In this document: one piece after another, positions 38,618-51,900 of the stretch
Position numbering within the stretch: the first letter of the stretch is position 1
Layout of the letters: each line of letters opens with the position of its first letter
Assembly: GCF_001194135.2 (NCBI RefSeq)
Contig: NC_068986.1
Location: forward strand, 26,859,311 to 26,923,310
DNA from: Octopus bimaculoides
Lineage: Eukaryota
DNA: 64,000 bases
Direction: 5' to 3'
Notes under the pieces: generated by a model
Seen by the model: the letters and a program-made list of their open reading frames with translations, nothing else
What the model was told of the DNA's origin: nothing
Database searches by the model: none
Position numbers and translations under genes: made by a program

Positions 38618-39317
38618 NNNNNNNNNNNNNNNNNNNNNNNNNNNNNNNNNNNNNNNNNNNNNNNNNNNNNNNNNNNNNNNNNNNNNNNNNNNNNNNNNNN
38701 NNNNNNNNNNNNNNNNNNNNNNNNNNNNNNNNNNNNNNNNNNNNNNNNNNNNNNNNNNNNNNNNNNNNNNNNNNNNNNNNNNNNNNNNNNNNNNNNNNNN
38801 NNNNNNNNNNNNNNNNNNNNNNNNNNNNNNNNNNNNNNNNNNNNNNNNNNNNNNNNNNNNNNNNNNNNNNNNNNNNNNNNNNNNNNNNNNNNNNNNNNNN
38901 NNNNNNNNNNNNNNNNNNNNNNNNNNNNNNNNNNNNNNNNNNNNNNNNNNNNNNNNNNNNNNNNNNNNNNNNNNNNNNNNNNNNNNNNNNNNNNNNNNNN
39001 NNNNNNNNNNNNNNNNNNNNNNNNNNNNNNNNNNNNNNNNNNNNNNNNNNNNNNNNNNNNNNNNNNNNNNNNNNNNNNNNNNNNNNNNNNNNNNNNNNNN
39101 NNNNNNNNNNNNNNNNNNNNNNNNNNNNNNCAACAGGTTTTCTTGTTTTTTTTTTTATTTAAAAAAAAAAATTTTTTTTATTTTTATAACTGTTAAGTGG
39201 TGAAGTGATTATGATTAGAGGGGAACAAGGGAGGTGGAGGTAGGAATGTTAGGAGTAGAATTATGTATGGGGTGACTGGATGCCACTACAACACAACCTG
39301 AAAGGCAATTTAAGCTG

Positions 39318-39359
<42 letters not shown>

Positions 39360-42224
39360 GGTTGTTTTTGTGATGATATCCAGTTCTAGTAGCTGTAGTT
39401 GAGTAATAACTGATGTTCATTGGTTGCTTGGTGCATGCATGTGTTTTTCTATTCTTTTTCTTTTTTTTTCCTTAGAGGAGCTAATGCATTTTGTTTGTGA
39501 ATGTTTAACATGTGCATTTATACAATCATACACACATACATGTACGCATACATGTGCGCAGGCTTGTTCAACTCAGGATTCTATGCCTTTTCCAGTTCCA
39601 TGCTTGTATGAAATGAATAGATATCATGTTAGTTCTTGATGAACATCTGTTGCAGTTGTTTACCATCGTCGTCATCATCATCTTCATTTCACATCCGTTT
39701 TCCATGCTGGCATGGATTAGATGGCAGGAACTGGCAAGGCCAGGGGCTGTACCAAGTTCCATAGTCTGTTTCGGCAAGGTTTCTACAGCTGGATGCCTTT
39801 CCTACTTCCAAACACTTTACAGAGTGTACTGGGTGCCTTTTATGTGGCACCATCACCTGTGCATTTTACAAGGTACCAGTACTTTTTACATGGCACCACC
39901 ATTTTTTATGTGGCACTGTGATCTTAGGATTTCAGTCAGCAGACCTACTCACTAAGAATTCCACAGATACTGTGGTTAAAAATTCTTTCCAACCACATAG
40001 TGTTGGGTTTGGTACCATTCTGTAGCACCTTGGGCAAGTATCTTCTACTATAGCCTTGGGCTAACTAAAGCCTTGTGACTGGATTTGATGAAAACTGTAA
40101 GAAGCTCGTGTGTGTGTGCGCGCGCTTTAATGTCTCCTTGTTTCCCCTCTCTCCCTCCCTCCCTTTCCCTCCCTCTCTCTCCTTCTCTTCCTTCCCTAAA
40201 GAATAACAAAAGCTGTGTGCATGTACCGCACATGCACATCTTTATAATAAGCAGTATATTTGTTATGCTTTGTCAACTTAATTTGCAGTGTCCAAGCAGT
40301 TACTTCATGATGCAGGTCATGTTGCATTTATTTCGAGTTCCAGGTCATGTTGCATTTATTTAAGTTCATTGAATGGCATTTCAAAGTTGCAATACTTGTC
40401 ATACTAAACAAAAGCTGATATTTCATCACTCATGTAACAGCTGTAGAATTATTGTTCTTCTTTGCTTTCATTTTATCATTTTCAAAGAACATAAGATATC
40501 ATCTTGTAGCTGTTGGGAGTCCCTGCAGTTTCTGTAAATAATAACTGTGGCCAAGAGCCAGCTACATAGATCTTTAAGACTTATTTATTTTCCATTATTT
40601 CTTTGTCCTTTCTCTCTGATAGATATTGTATTTTTAAAACAGCATTTACTTCGGATGAATAGCACAATAAATTTGCCTTTCACAGTGTATTGATATTAAA
40701 TATGATGTGCAGATTGCTATTTCAATCTAATACTGTTTATGGTGCATATAATGAATTTTTATTCAATTGAGCAGCTATTTACATCATCAGTGATTGTTTA
40801 TTCACTGGTTTCCTATAATATTGGTAGCGACAAATTCCATCTAAGCATGCAATTGACAGTGAGTACACCCTGTTCAATGCCAAATGAAGTAGAGTTGCAT
40901 CTGGCATTATCACTAGCCTCTGTTGGGAAATTTCCATCTCCCTTGAATATATATTGTGTTTTTAAACACAGCATGTCCATTAGAGATGCTATCTCAGGAC
41001 AAGTACAGCAGTAAAATTGCCTCTCACAATGTATTTACTTTAAGTATGATACATAGGTGACTATTTTAATCTAATACTACGTCTGTTGCATGAAATGGAT
41101 TTTTGGACTTGTTGCTATTGTTGTTGCTGTCTGGTTTAATTTCTTTTCTAATTTAGCATGTATTAAAAAGCTATTCCATTTAACTGATGTTTATAGAAGG
41201 ATTTTATATCAGTTATAGTTTATTCTCTTTCTCGACTTGTCTCTCTTTATTAATCTTACTCCAGAAACTTGTTATAGCTTCAGATAAAAGAAAAGTTTAT
41301 TGATTTACATAAAAAAAAAAAAAATAATAATAAAGCATGTTCCATTGTACTTAAAAATGCTGTATATCTGTTTATCTGATTGACAAACTGGACTTTTATA
41401 TTTCTTAGTCTTGGCTCCAGTCTATTCTGAATATAAATCTGAAAGTTAGAATGTTCCATAATTGAATGAAACAATGTTTTGATGAAGTCAGTGATGTTGC
41501 AGTAACTTTGAGTTCCTTATGTAATGCAGTAATGAAGAAAGTGTGTGTGTGTGCATAAGAGTTAGGTAATGAGTACATTGAGGAATTTAGCATGTTATTA
41601 GGTGTCTGCCAGGACCTGGTTCCCAGTCCCTTGTTTATTGTAGTTCTTCAGAAAAATTAAATTAAAATTCTGGTTGCTTGTGTGAACTTCTTCATGCTAA
41701 TGTTTTAATTCCCATAGCCAAATCATTCTAAAAATTAGAGTAAAAATGCCTAAATAGAAAGCCGGGTTTAGAATTGATAGAGCTAAAGTCAATATAGCAG
41801 AAATGAAAAGTCTTAACAGAAAAGATGATTCACCACTGCTCCATACTGGAAAGTAGTAGCAGTTGCTTTATATGCAGAAAGGGAAATTGTAAAAGTTCTA
41901 TACTATGCACCCAGTGAAAATAATTGGTACACAAAAAGTGTATTGGGATAGGTTGACAGAGCAGCAAGAGTTCATTATTTTATAGACGCACAGAAATAGC
42001 AAGCAGAAATAGCACAAAGCTTGTTAGATGTAGGTGATAAGTTAATTTTGTTATTCAAGGGATCTATCTGTAGCAAGGGCTGATCTTGTCTTGTGGAAAC
42101 TTAATAGCCAGAGTAAGGCTGGAGTGGATAAAGTTCAAGTATCTATTACCTCTACATTGATAACAAAGGTCTCTCTCTCTCTCTGAAGAGCAGACTATTT
42201 TATGTTTATGCATTGAGTGTGATG

Positions 42225-43470
42225 ATCATCATTGTTTAACGTCTGTTTTCCATGCTGGCATGGGTTGGACAGTTCAACTGGGGTCTGGAAAGCCAGGAGG
42301 CTGCACCAGGCCCCAATCTGATCTGGCAGTGTTTCTACAGCTGGATGCCCTTCCTAATGCCAACCACTCCGAGAGTGTAGTGGGTGCTTTTTATGTATCA
42401 CTGGCACAGGGGCCAGAGGATAGGTTTCAAATTTTGGCACAAAGGCCAGCAACTTTGGAAGAGGGGGTAAGTTGATTACATTGACCCCAGTGTTCAACTG
42501 GTACTTATTTTATCAACCCCAAAAGGATGAAAGGTAAAGTCGACTCCGGCAGCATTTGAACTCAGAACATAAAGTCTGAAGAAATGTCACCAAGCAGTTT
42601 TTTCGGCACAGTAACAATTCTGCCAGTTTGCCGCCTTGCATGGAGTGTAACTAGACATGAGTGCTGAATGTGGATGATATGCAAGGGATGAAAAGAAAGG
42701 AGGTGAGCATGCATTGCAGGATGTGTTATTTCTGCATGCATGAATGACAGAACATGATTAAGCTGAGAGAAAGACTGGTTGCCACAGGTATCTCAGTGCA
42801 ATGTACAAGGGAAAATTGCTGAGCTATTAATGTGATATGAATGAAGAAAGATAGATGAAAAAGTGTGTAATAAATGTGTATATGAGTTTGCAGAAGTGGT
42901 AGTCCAAAGATGTGGGTAGAAGTGATGAGGACATTTCTCAAAGTGCTAAGTGCCTCAAAACCTATGACGAGTGAAAAAACCTTGTCTTGAAACTAATCCA
43001 CAAAACCCGCATGGAAAAAAAAAAAAATAGACACATATATTTTGTTTGCGATAAAACGTGATAAAAAATAAAATGTTTCATGTCAAATAAGTCCGTGTTG
43101 AATTAGCAGTGGTGTTGAATCAGCGGCACAAAAAATGAATTGTTCCAAAATGTCTTATAACTGCCTCCCTTCACTTGGGAAATTTTCAATATTAGCCCTC
43201 TGAAGCTGATGCTTGCTGTTATGGTCTTCTTGGTGACAGTAAGAATTATCTTTCTCTTCTTGTTTGTTGTTTTAATAAATTCAAGAAATGTTGTAAAAGC
43301 ACCCATTACACTCTTGGTGTGGTTGGCATTGGGAAGGGCATCTAGCTGTAGAAACCATGCCAAATTGGACTAGATCTTGGTACAGCCTTCCGGCTTGCCA
43401 GCCCTGGTGAAATTGTCCAACCCATGTCAGCATGGACAATGGACATAAAATGATGATGATGATGATGTCG
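42225..43470. mobile_element. Cluster: RTE tail (-), SINE B (-), degenerate RTE ORF2 end (+, about 42650-43010), RTE tail (+, about 43295-43470)
   Basis: Recurrent RTE-tail and SINE B motifs. The + strand relic gaagtggtagtccaaagatgtgggtagaagtg resembles G.GRPKKTW.EV. Confidence 0.6.
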
Positions 43471-43854
43471 TCAGAATGAATGAAATTCTAGAACTTTGAT
43501 ACATACTCATATAAAATCTAATAAAGTATTGATCTAAAAAATATAATCATCATTATTTAGCATCCATATTCCATGCTGGCATGGATTGGACAGTTGTAAA
43601 AAAAAAAAAAAAAATGTATACCGTGGAAAAATCATGATTATTTTTTTTAAAACATATACCATTACATTCATCTTTGTTTCTTGATTGTATTGTATATTAT
43701 ATAATATCAGAACATTTCATTATGCATCTGATGGAAGACTGCTACTGGCTTGTTCTTAGAGGCTTTTGGGAAAACTTTTTTTTTTTTGCTCCTTTATTTT
43801 TATTTTTTTAAACTTAATCATTTAAAAGCAAAAAATTTTGCAATATATTTTCAG

Positions 43855-43882
43855 AGATGCTGTGGCCGGAAAATCTTCGCTA
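43855..43882 (+). CDS. Possible SMG5 exon start truncated by an N gap (E-MLWPENLR..)
   Basis: Acceptor atattttcag at 43854; phase 1 is compatible with the 20041 donor. 28 GC- and CpG-rich nt, then 780 N. No donor is visible. Confidence 0.25.
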
Positions 43883-44964
43883 NNNNNNNNNNNNNNNNNN
43901 NNNNNNNNNNNNNNNNNNNNNNNNNNNNNNNNNNNNNNNNNNNNNNNNNNNNNNNNNNNNNNNNNNNNNNNNNNNNNNNNNNNNNNNNNNNNNNNNNNNN
44001 NNNNNNNNNNNNNNNNNNNNNNNNNNNNNNNNNNNNNNNNNNNNNNNNNNNNNNNNNNNNNNNNNNNNNNNNNNNNNNNNNNNNNNNNNNNNNNNNNNNN
44101 NNNNNNNNNNNNNNNNNNNNNNNNNNNNNNNNNNNNNNNNNNNNNNNNNNNNNNNNNNNNNNNNNNNNNNNNNNNNNNNNNNNNNNNNNNNNNNNNNNNN
44201 NNNNNNNNNNNNNNNNNNNNNNNNNNNNNNNNNNNNNNNNNNNNNNNNNNNNNNNNNNNNNNNNNNNNNNNNNNNNNNNNNNNNNNNNNNNNNNNNNNNN
44301 NNNNNNNNNNNNNNNNNNNNNNNNNNNNNNNNNNNNNNNNNNNNNNNNNNNNNNNNNNNNNNNNNNNNNNNNNNNNNNNNNNNNNNNNNNNNNNNNNNNN
44401 NNNNNNNNNNNNNNNNNNNNNNNNNNNNNNNNNNNNNNNNNNNNNNNNNNNNNNNNNNNNNNNNNNNNNNNNNNNNNNNNNNNNNNNNNNNNNNNNNNNN
44501 NNNNNNNNNNNNNNNNNNNNNNNNNNNNNNNNNNNNNNNNNNNNNNNNNNNNNNNNNNNNNNNNNNNNNNNNNNNNNNNNNNNNNNNNNNNNNNNNNNNN
44601 NNNNNNNNNNNNNNNNNNNNNNNNNNNNNNNNNNNNNNNNNNNNNNNNNNNNNNNNNNNNNNGGGCAGAGTACCTTTTGGCAAATATTCCGGTACCTTGC
44701 ATTCTGACTTCAAATCTTACCATGGTCTACTTTATCTTTCACTATTCTTGGGTCAATAAGATATCGGACTACGACAGTCGACTGGGGGTGGGGTGGGGTG
44801 GAGTGTTGGAAGAGATACCTTGTGGTATTCATTCCAGTTCTTTGTCTTAAGTTCAAGTGCAGCCTTGGCTGATAGATGTAATTTGTTGCAAGCCTGGGGG
44901 CCAAGTTTCCAGTTTGAGGATCTCTTCTCTCTCTCTCTCTCTCAGACCTTCTTAACTAACATGT

Positions 44965-45003
<39 letters not shown>

Positions 45004-45692
45004 TAGTAGTAGTAGTAGTTAAAAAGAACCCATGAGATCTTTTTCTCTTCTTTAAAGTTACTGACCCGTCATTGATTACCTCAATGTCTTGTTTATAATA
45101 AGGCAGCAGGCTGGCAGAATTGGTAGCATGGCAGGCAAAATGCTTTGCAGAATTTTATCCGTCTTCACGTTCTCAGTTCAAATTCTGCTAAAGTTGACTT
45201 TGCCTTTCATCCTTTCAGGGTCGATGAAATAAGTACCAGTTGAACACTGGGGTTTTTCTAATTGACTAATCCCCTCCTCTGAAATTGCTGGCCTTGTGCC
45301 AAAATCTGAAATCAATATCTTGTTCGCAATGTTTTCAATAAATAATATATGATTTCACTGTTAGAGATATTGCTCTTACTACAACAAATACCATATAATG
45401 TTTAGATTTATACTATATACAACGCCTCTATGGCAACTAATATTATTTTTCTCCTAATTAAGTTTCTATTATTAATAAAATTACTATTGTCATTTAATAT
45501 AGGTGTCTGTAGATAAAATTTCTTTTAAGGACAGTTAATGGTTTGTATTTGATTGATGTAATTTTCTTGTTTCATTAGATAGTGTTACAGATTTATATAA
45601 AGTATATATATGAGATTATGGACGGTATGAGTGACTATGAAATATATTCAGTTTAAAATATGTCATTTTCTTCTTCTTTTATTTATGGTTTA

Positions 45693-45965
45693 AAGGCGGT
45701 GAGCTGGCAGAAACGTTAGCACGCTGGGTGGAATGCTTAGCAGTATTTCATGTCTTTACATTCTGAGTTCAAATTCCGCCAAGGTCAACATTGCCTTTCA
45801 TCCTTTCAGGGTTGATAAATTAAGTACCAGTTACACACTAGGGTCGATGTAATCGACTTAATTCCTTTATCTGTCCTTGTTTGCCCCCTCTATGTTTAGC
45901 CCCTTGTGGGCAATAAAGAAATAAGAAACGTTAGCATGCTGGGTAGAATGCTTAGTGGTATTTCT
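45693..45965 (+). mobile_element. Near full-length SINE family B with a partial tandem restart
   Basis: aaggcggtgagctggcagaaacgttagcacg..ctttcatcctttcagggttgataaattaagtaccag..gggcaataaagaaataagaaacgttagcatgc. Confidence 0.85.
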
Positions 45966-47171
45966 TTTGTAGATTGGAAGATTAGATTAGTACAAAAAAT
46001 ACTTCAGATAATGACTTATGGATAATTAGATATAAAATGAGGGAAAATAGTTTAAAAACTAGGTCTAGTTTGTTTGCTATTTTAGTCAAATTTATTGCTT
46101 CGTATCGCATAAAAATTTTCAGTTCAGTTTACACTGGTGTTGATTTTTATTTTTTACCAGTTAAGGATTTTTGTTTAGTGCCCCAATTTAACTTAGCAGT
46201 TCAAAGGCATTCCAGATGTTACCCATTCCATCACTTTTGAGGTCTTTAAGGATACATTATATAATGCACCCCCACCTATTTTTGTTTTTGATTTGAGGCA
46301 AGCTTGTCTACTATTTCTAGCAGATTGAGTGACCACCTAGTGGTTCTTGAATGGTACTATCATCGTTTCTATGTTTGTCTGGGTCTGACAGAATTTGTTG
46401 CAGCAAATTTTCTATGGTTGGATGCCTTTCCTATCCCCAACTCTCACCTGTTTTTTTAAGCAAATAATATTTCTACATAGCTCAACATGTTTCCATAGAA
46501 AATTGGAAATAACTGTCACATGATATCAAGACAAAAGTGACACGAAACACGCATGTACAATTATGTGCACACACATATACTCACTCACAAGCACATACCT
46601 CTACCCACACTTAAACATATAGTCATAAATGCTTATATGTTTATATAATATACATATATGATGAGCTTCTTTTTAAATTTCTGTCTACCAAATCCACTCA
46701 CAAGACTTTGTGAATCAATCAAATTGTAGTGCATCTTCATTGCGAAATTTTTCTTAAAAAAGCGAAAATGACACTGATGCAAATAAAATTTGACTTTTGA
46801 AATAGTGCTAAATTATGAACTTTATTGTTTTGATTATTTCATCTAACAATCTGTTCTTGCAACACTTTGTGAGAGCGTGCACCCACGTAAACATGCTATT
46901 CTCGTTCATCATATCACCACTTGAACCTTGCTGTCATTTGACAACAATCCTCTGTGAAGATCAGGTACTTATCAGTGAGTTCAGAGACTAAAACATGTAC
47001 TTGGAACCAGTTGAAGAGGTGTACTTGTCTTGAACGACTTAAATTAAGATTGTATACAAAACTACTTGGTGTAATAGATAAAATAGAAGTGCTCTTTAGA
47101 GGACACTCTTGGTAAAAGCAAGATTCTTTCCTCCTTATATACTTAAATTTATTTCAAATGGTCTCTTCAGA

Positions 47172-47213
<42 letters not shown>

Positions 47214-48076
47214 CATGCTATTTATTTTTTACCTTTATTTTTAATTAAAAAAATGTGGAAGAGTAAATTTGCACACTGTGTATGTTAGCCACTAAAGATG
47301 CATATATATTTACTGACTTGGTATAAATATTTAATGTAAGTGTACTTGTAGGTGTTTTAATTGTTAGCTTTGGCTGTGCCTTGATGTAATTATGTAAGAT
47401 TATTTGAAATTTGTTTGAGTTTAGATTTGTTTGTTGGGGTTTTTTGTCTTTTTGTTTTGTGAGTGAGCAGAAGGAAACACTGGTACTTAATGTGTTAAAA
47501 TGCTATCTTCTTTACACCAGAGTTCTCATTGTGTTGTGTTAAGATTAAGAAACAAGGTTTTCTTTTCTTAAATCTTCAAATAAAGTTTTTAAAGCATCTG
47601 GTTTAAAGAAAAAATTGGAAAGAAATTTTTCTTTAAAAAGAATTAATAAACTGTTAGTGGAATAATATCATATAATTATTATTCTTGCAAATATTATCTT
47701 ATGGGTATATTACATTATTGTTGCTGCCCTCCATTCATAATTTATTAACCCTTCTTTTCTTAATACAATGAATACAAGCAATTCATAAAGTGAGAATTAG
47801 TTTGCTGTGAGGTGGAGTAAAGTCAAACTGTTCCAGAGAAAGAAAATAATAAGCAATATAAAGTTATATACAAAAATGTGTGCACTTTCTCCCCTTCCAA
47901 TGAAGGGCCTGCCTTATTTGTAATGTCACACCTCTCCTCTTCCTCACAAATAAACAAACATATTTTTAGTTTGTTAACTGTTTGTATTTAGTATTTGAAG
48001 ATGCAGACAGACCATCATTAATGTCATTACATTCTACTGTTTTAATTCTGACGAAGCAAGTAATTTTTGTTTAAAT

Positions 48077-48981
48077 TTGTGGTTTTCACCCAGGGTCTGT
48101 ATGACCCTAGAGGGCCCATATGAGATTTTTGTGGGTCCATGCAAGCAAAATAGTAAATTGGGAATCCACAGTAGTATATGAAGGGTCCATGAAAAAATTT
48201 TGCTTTAGATGTGTTTATTGTAAGAAACAGCGACCCTTTTTTTAGCAAAAGTTTTACATAAGGCATGGCTGTGTGGTAAAAAGCTTGCTTCCCAACCATA
48301 GGGTTCCTGGTTCAGTCCTACTGCGTGGCACCTTGGGCAAGTGCCTTTTACTATGGCGTCGTGCCAACCAAATCCCTGTGAGTGGATTTGGTTGATGGAA
48401 ACTGAAAGAAGCCCGTCGTAATGTTTATGTATGTGTTTGTCCTCCGACCGTCGCTTGACAACCGATGTTGGCATGTTTACGTCTCCGTAACTTAGTGGTT
48501 CAGTTAAAGAGACCGATAGAATAAGTATTCGACTTACAAAGAATAAGTCCTGAGGTCGATTTGTTCGATTAAGGAAACTGAAAGAAGCCCGTCGTATATA
48601 TATAGTGTTTATGTCTGTGTTTGTCCTCCCACCGTCGCTTGACAACCGTTGTTGGCGTGTTTACGTCCCCTTAACTTAATGGTTCGGCAAAAGAAACCGA
48701 TAGAATAAGTATTCGGCTTACAAAGAATAAGTCCTGAGGTCGATTTGTTCGATTAAGGGCGGTGCTCCAGCTTGGTTGCAGTCAAATGACTGAAACAAGT
48801 AAAAGAATTAAAGAATAGTTCAACAAACAAGTTTGTGATAAACAAAATAGGAATTTTGAAAGGAGTATAACACGAGTTTTTAAACATCGTATGGCTTTGG
48901 GAGCCCATCAGAACAGAATAGTAATCAAAAGTCTCTGTAGATAAAAAAAAAGAAAAGAAAAGAAATGGTTGAGAACCACTG
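48077..48981. mobile_element. hAT-type MITE with nested, internally duplicated SINE A (about 48262-48800)
   Basis: Ends ttgtggttttcacc / ggttgagaaccactg. Exact 8-bp TSD gtttaaat at 48069-48076 and 48982-48989. Confidence 0.82.
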
Positions 48982-51900
48982 GTTTAAATAAATGCGGAGT
49001 TCATTTCGTAATTGATAACGAGAGAGAGAGAGAGAGAACAAAAACGTTACATGGTGAATGTCAAGAGAGTGTATCATGTTGTAAGGGAGATTATCGTTGA
49101 AAAAAATGAGAGTTACTTCCCTTGACGATTATACCGTGAAGTATTTTTTCTATTGATTTTTCAAGTTACAAGCAGTTTATATCTTGACAGTTTTCTGAAT
49201 AAATTTATGCATTGAAAGCTGCATAGTTTTCTTTTCCTTTAGAAGCAAAAGAAAAGAAAATGTCATGCTTATCTCTCATACTTAAGAAGTTCGATACATT
49301 TGCGTTAATGTATTGAAGCTGGTCAAAAGACCATTGCTTAAAATCTCCCATTTGAACAAATTTTTATATCTGTACCATCATCTTGTTGAAAAAGCTTACA
49401 AGCCAAACTTTAATATTGCTATTTTTAAGGAATTTCTATGAAGTCTCCTTATTACACTGGGGTCAATGTAATCGACTACACCCCCCCCCACCCTGCAAAA
49501 AAAAAAAAAAAAATTCAGGCCTTATGCTTATAATAGAAAGGATTATTATTATTATTAGGGCAGCAAGCTGGCAGAATCTTTACCTTTATGTTCTAAGTTC
49601 AAATACTGCCAATGTCAACTTTACCTTTCATCCTTTTGGGGTTGATGAAATAATTACCAGTTGAGTACTGGGGTTGATGTAATTTATAAACCCCTTCCTG
49701 CCAAAATTTCAGGCCTTGTGCCTAAAGTAGAAAGGATTATTATTCTGAGGATTTGTCCATCCCTTTTTAATCCATGCTGCTTCTGCTCCCTTAAGTGACT
49801 ACCGTTCTTCCTGAGACTCTGTTCAATGTAATAACTCTGCAATTAGAAGCTTGTATGAATTCTATAAACCTTTCTGGTGTTTGAAATAACTGAATAGTAA
49901 TTTTTAATAAATAGTGAAAATCACTTTTGGATATATAATAAATAATGTATTGTTATACTTTAGCACTATGTCAGTCCTGATTGAGTAAACTATGATCAAA
50001 AAGCATTCTACCTGTGACCGCTCATGTTTTTAGAAGTATGTAGAGCTATGTTTTGCAATATATCCTCTTGTTGGAAATGGGAATGAGTGATTTGGAAAAG
50101 GTTTAGCTGCTAATTTTAGCAGATCTAATAGCCACATGGAGGTTAGTTTTGATGTAGAATGTAGTGTGTTTATATAATGTATAGTTAATTTGTTTTGTGT
50201 GAGCCAGTACACTTGGTATATAAAATATGAAGTCACAAGCATGACAACACTTAAATTGCAAATGTAGAAATCTTAATTGTCTGTGTCAGACTACACAGAG
50301 TGTGATAAGATATATTTACTATCTGGGTGTTTAGTACTATGTGTCATAATAGTAAAACTTGATGAGTGGCATGAGTTAGGCAACTTATGTGTTGCATATG
50401 ATGGAAGCAATGTGTAATGTAATACGTTTAACTTTTACGTGGGGCTGAAATATCAATTGAGGTGGTTGGGTATTAAGAAAATTATCCAAAGCTACATTCT
50501 ATGAAAATGGCCAAGGAAGGTAATTTGGGCATGTTGGGAGAATAAAATGACAAAAAGTGGGGATGTAGGGGGCAGGATTAAATGTAATCATTGTAGGAAT
50601 ATTGTGGTTGTTTGATAACTGAAGCAGAAGAGAGAGCCATATTTTGAAATGAGGTTGTTTGGGTTTAGCTAAAATAAATGGGACACGCGGAAGAAATAGA
50701 TTCAGGAAGATATCAGATGGTAAAGTTGATCTGGTGTACTCATCTTATATCCTTGCCAGCCAACATGGAAGAACATACTTGGAATGATAATGATGATATA
50801 TCATAGTGATAAATGTGGCAGCTGTTAACATTTTTGTGTGTGTCGGAGGAAAGAAAGATTTATGTAAACAGTTTGATAATAATTACTCTCTTTTCAAAAA
50901 TGATGTATTTTTCAGGCATGCAATAATAAAAGAGCTCCAGATTTGCTTGACTAATATTTTCATAGTTAACCTGAAGTATACATCTTACACTTTATGTAAT
51001 AAAATATTATCTTGATCATACACCATCATCAAGATTGTCAATGTTTAGCATCTATTTTCCATGTTGGCATGGGTTAGACAGTTCGAATAAGATGTCTTTG
51101 GTGGTGGTGGTGGTGGTGATGATGATGATGATGATGATGATTTCAGATTACTCTGTCAAATGTAATCCTTATTTATTCACATCGTTTTGAATTAATCATT
51201 TATTATTTTGAAGCTTCAAGATTTTGATAATGTGATTATTTATATGAATAGCATTGTTGGGTAGGTCTGAGAATCTGGATCTGATCAGATTGAACATGCA
51301 ACAGGTAGAATATTTGGGATGGATATGATCAGTTTAAATGCTAAAGAGTTAAACCTTAATTTCAGCATACAAGCTTTCATGTTTTTGCTTATTTAACCCC
51401 AAAATTGCTCTGATTGAGCAGACCTTTGATAAAAGCCATAGCTTTTCACAAAGACATCCTACCATCTTATTAAAATTTTTTTAAAATAATTTTTTAAATG
51501 AAAAGACATATAGGACAGTTAGTCCCAAATATACAATAAGAAGGGATAGCCATGACTAGAATGAACAGCACTAGCAACAATTTTAATTATTGAAGGACTG
51601 CTTTGATAGAAAACGTTTCTGTTTTATGTGTAATAGTAAAGCGAAGATAGAAAAATTCTATAAGTATCTCTTCCTTCACCCTATGAACAACTCTAAAATG
51701 ATTTCAGACATGGTCATCTGTTGTGTTATGGTGCAAAAATAGTTTTTTCGGTTTTGTATTAAAGAGGAATGTGCCAAACATTTGATCATGTTTCCTGTTG
51801 ATTGAGCCAACAGAAATAAGTGCATAATTCCAGAGCTGTTACACCCTTTGAAAGCCAATATATTTATTCTGGTTTATTGTTAAAAAAAAAAAAAAAAGTA

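Noticed and set aside
28529-39203. Many long ORFs of X, SL, CV, HT or YI repeats
   Set aside because: Translations of N gaps and dinucleotide microsatellites.
44663-44790. GRVPFGKYSGTLHSDF as a continuation of the 43855 exon
   Set aside because: This is the reverse complement of SINE family B.
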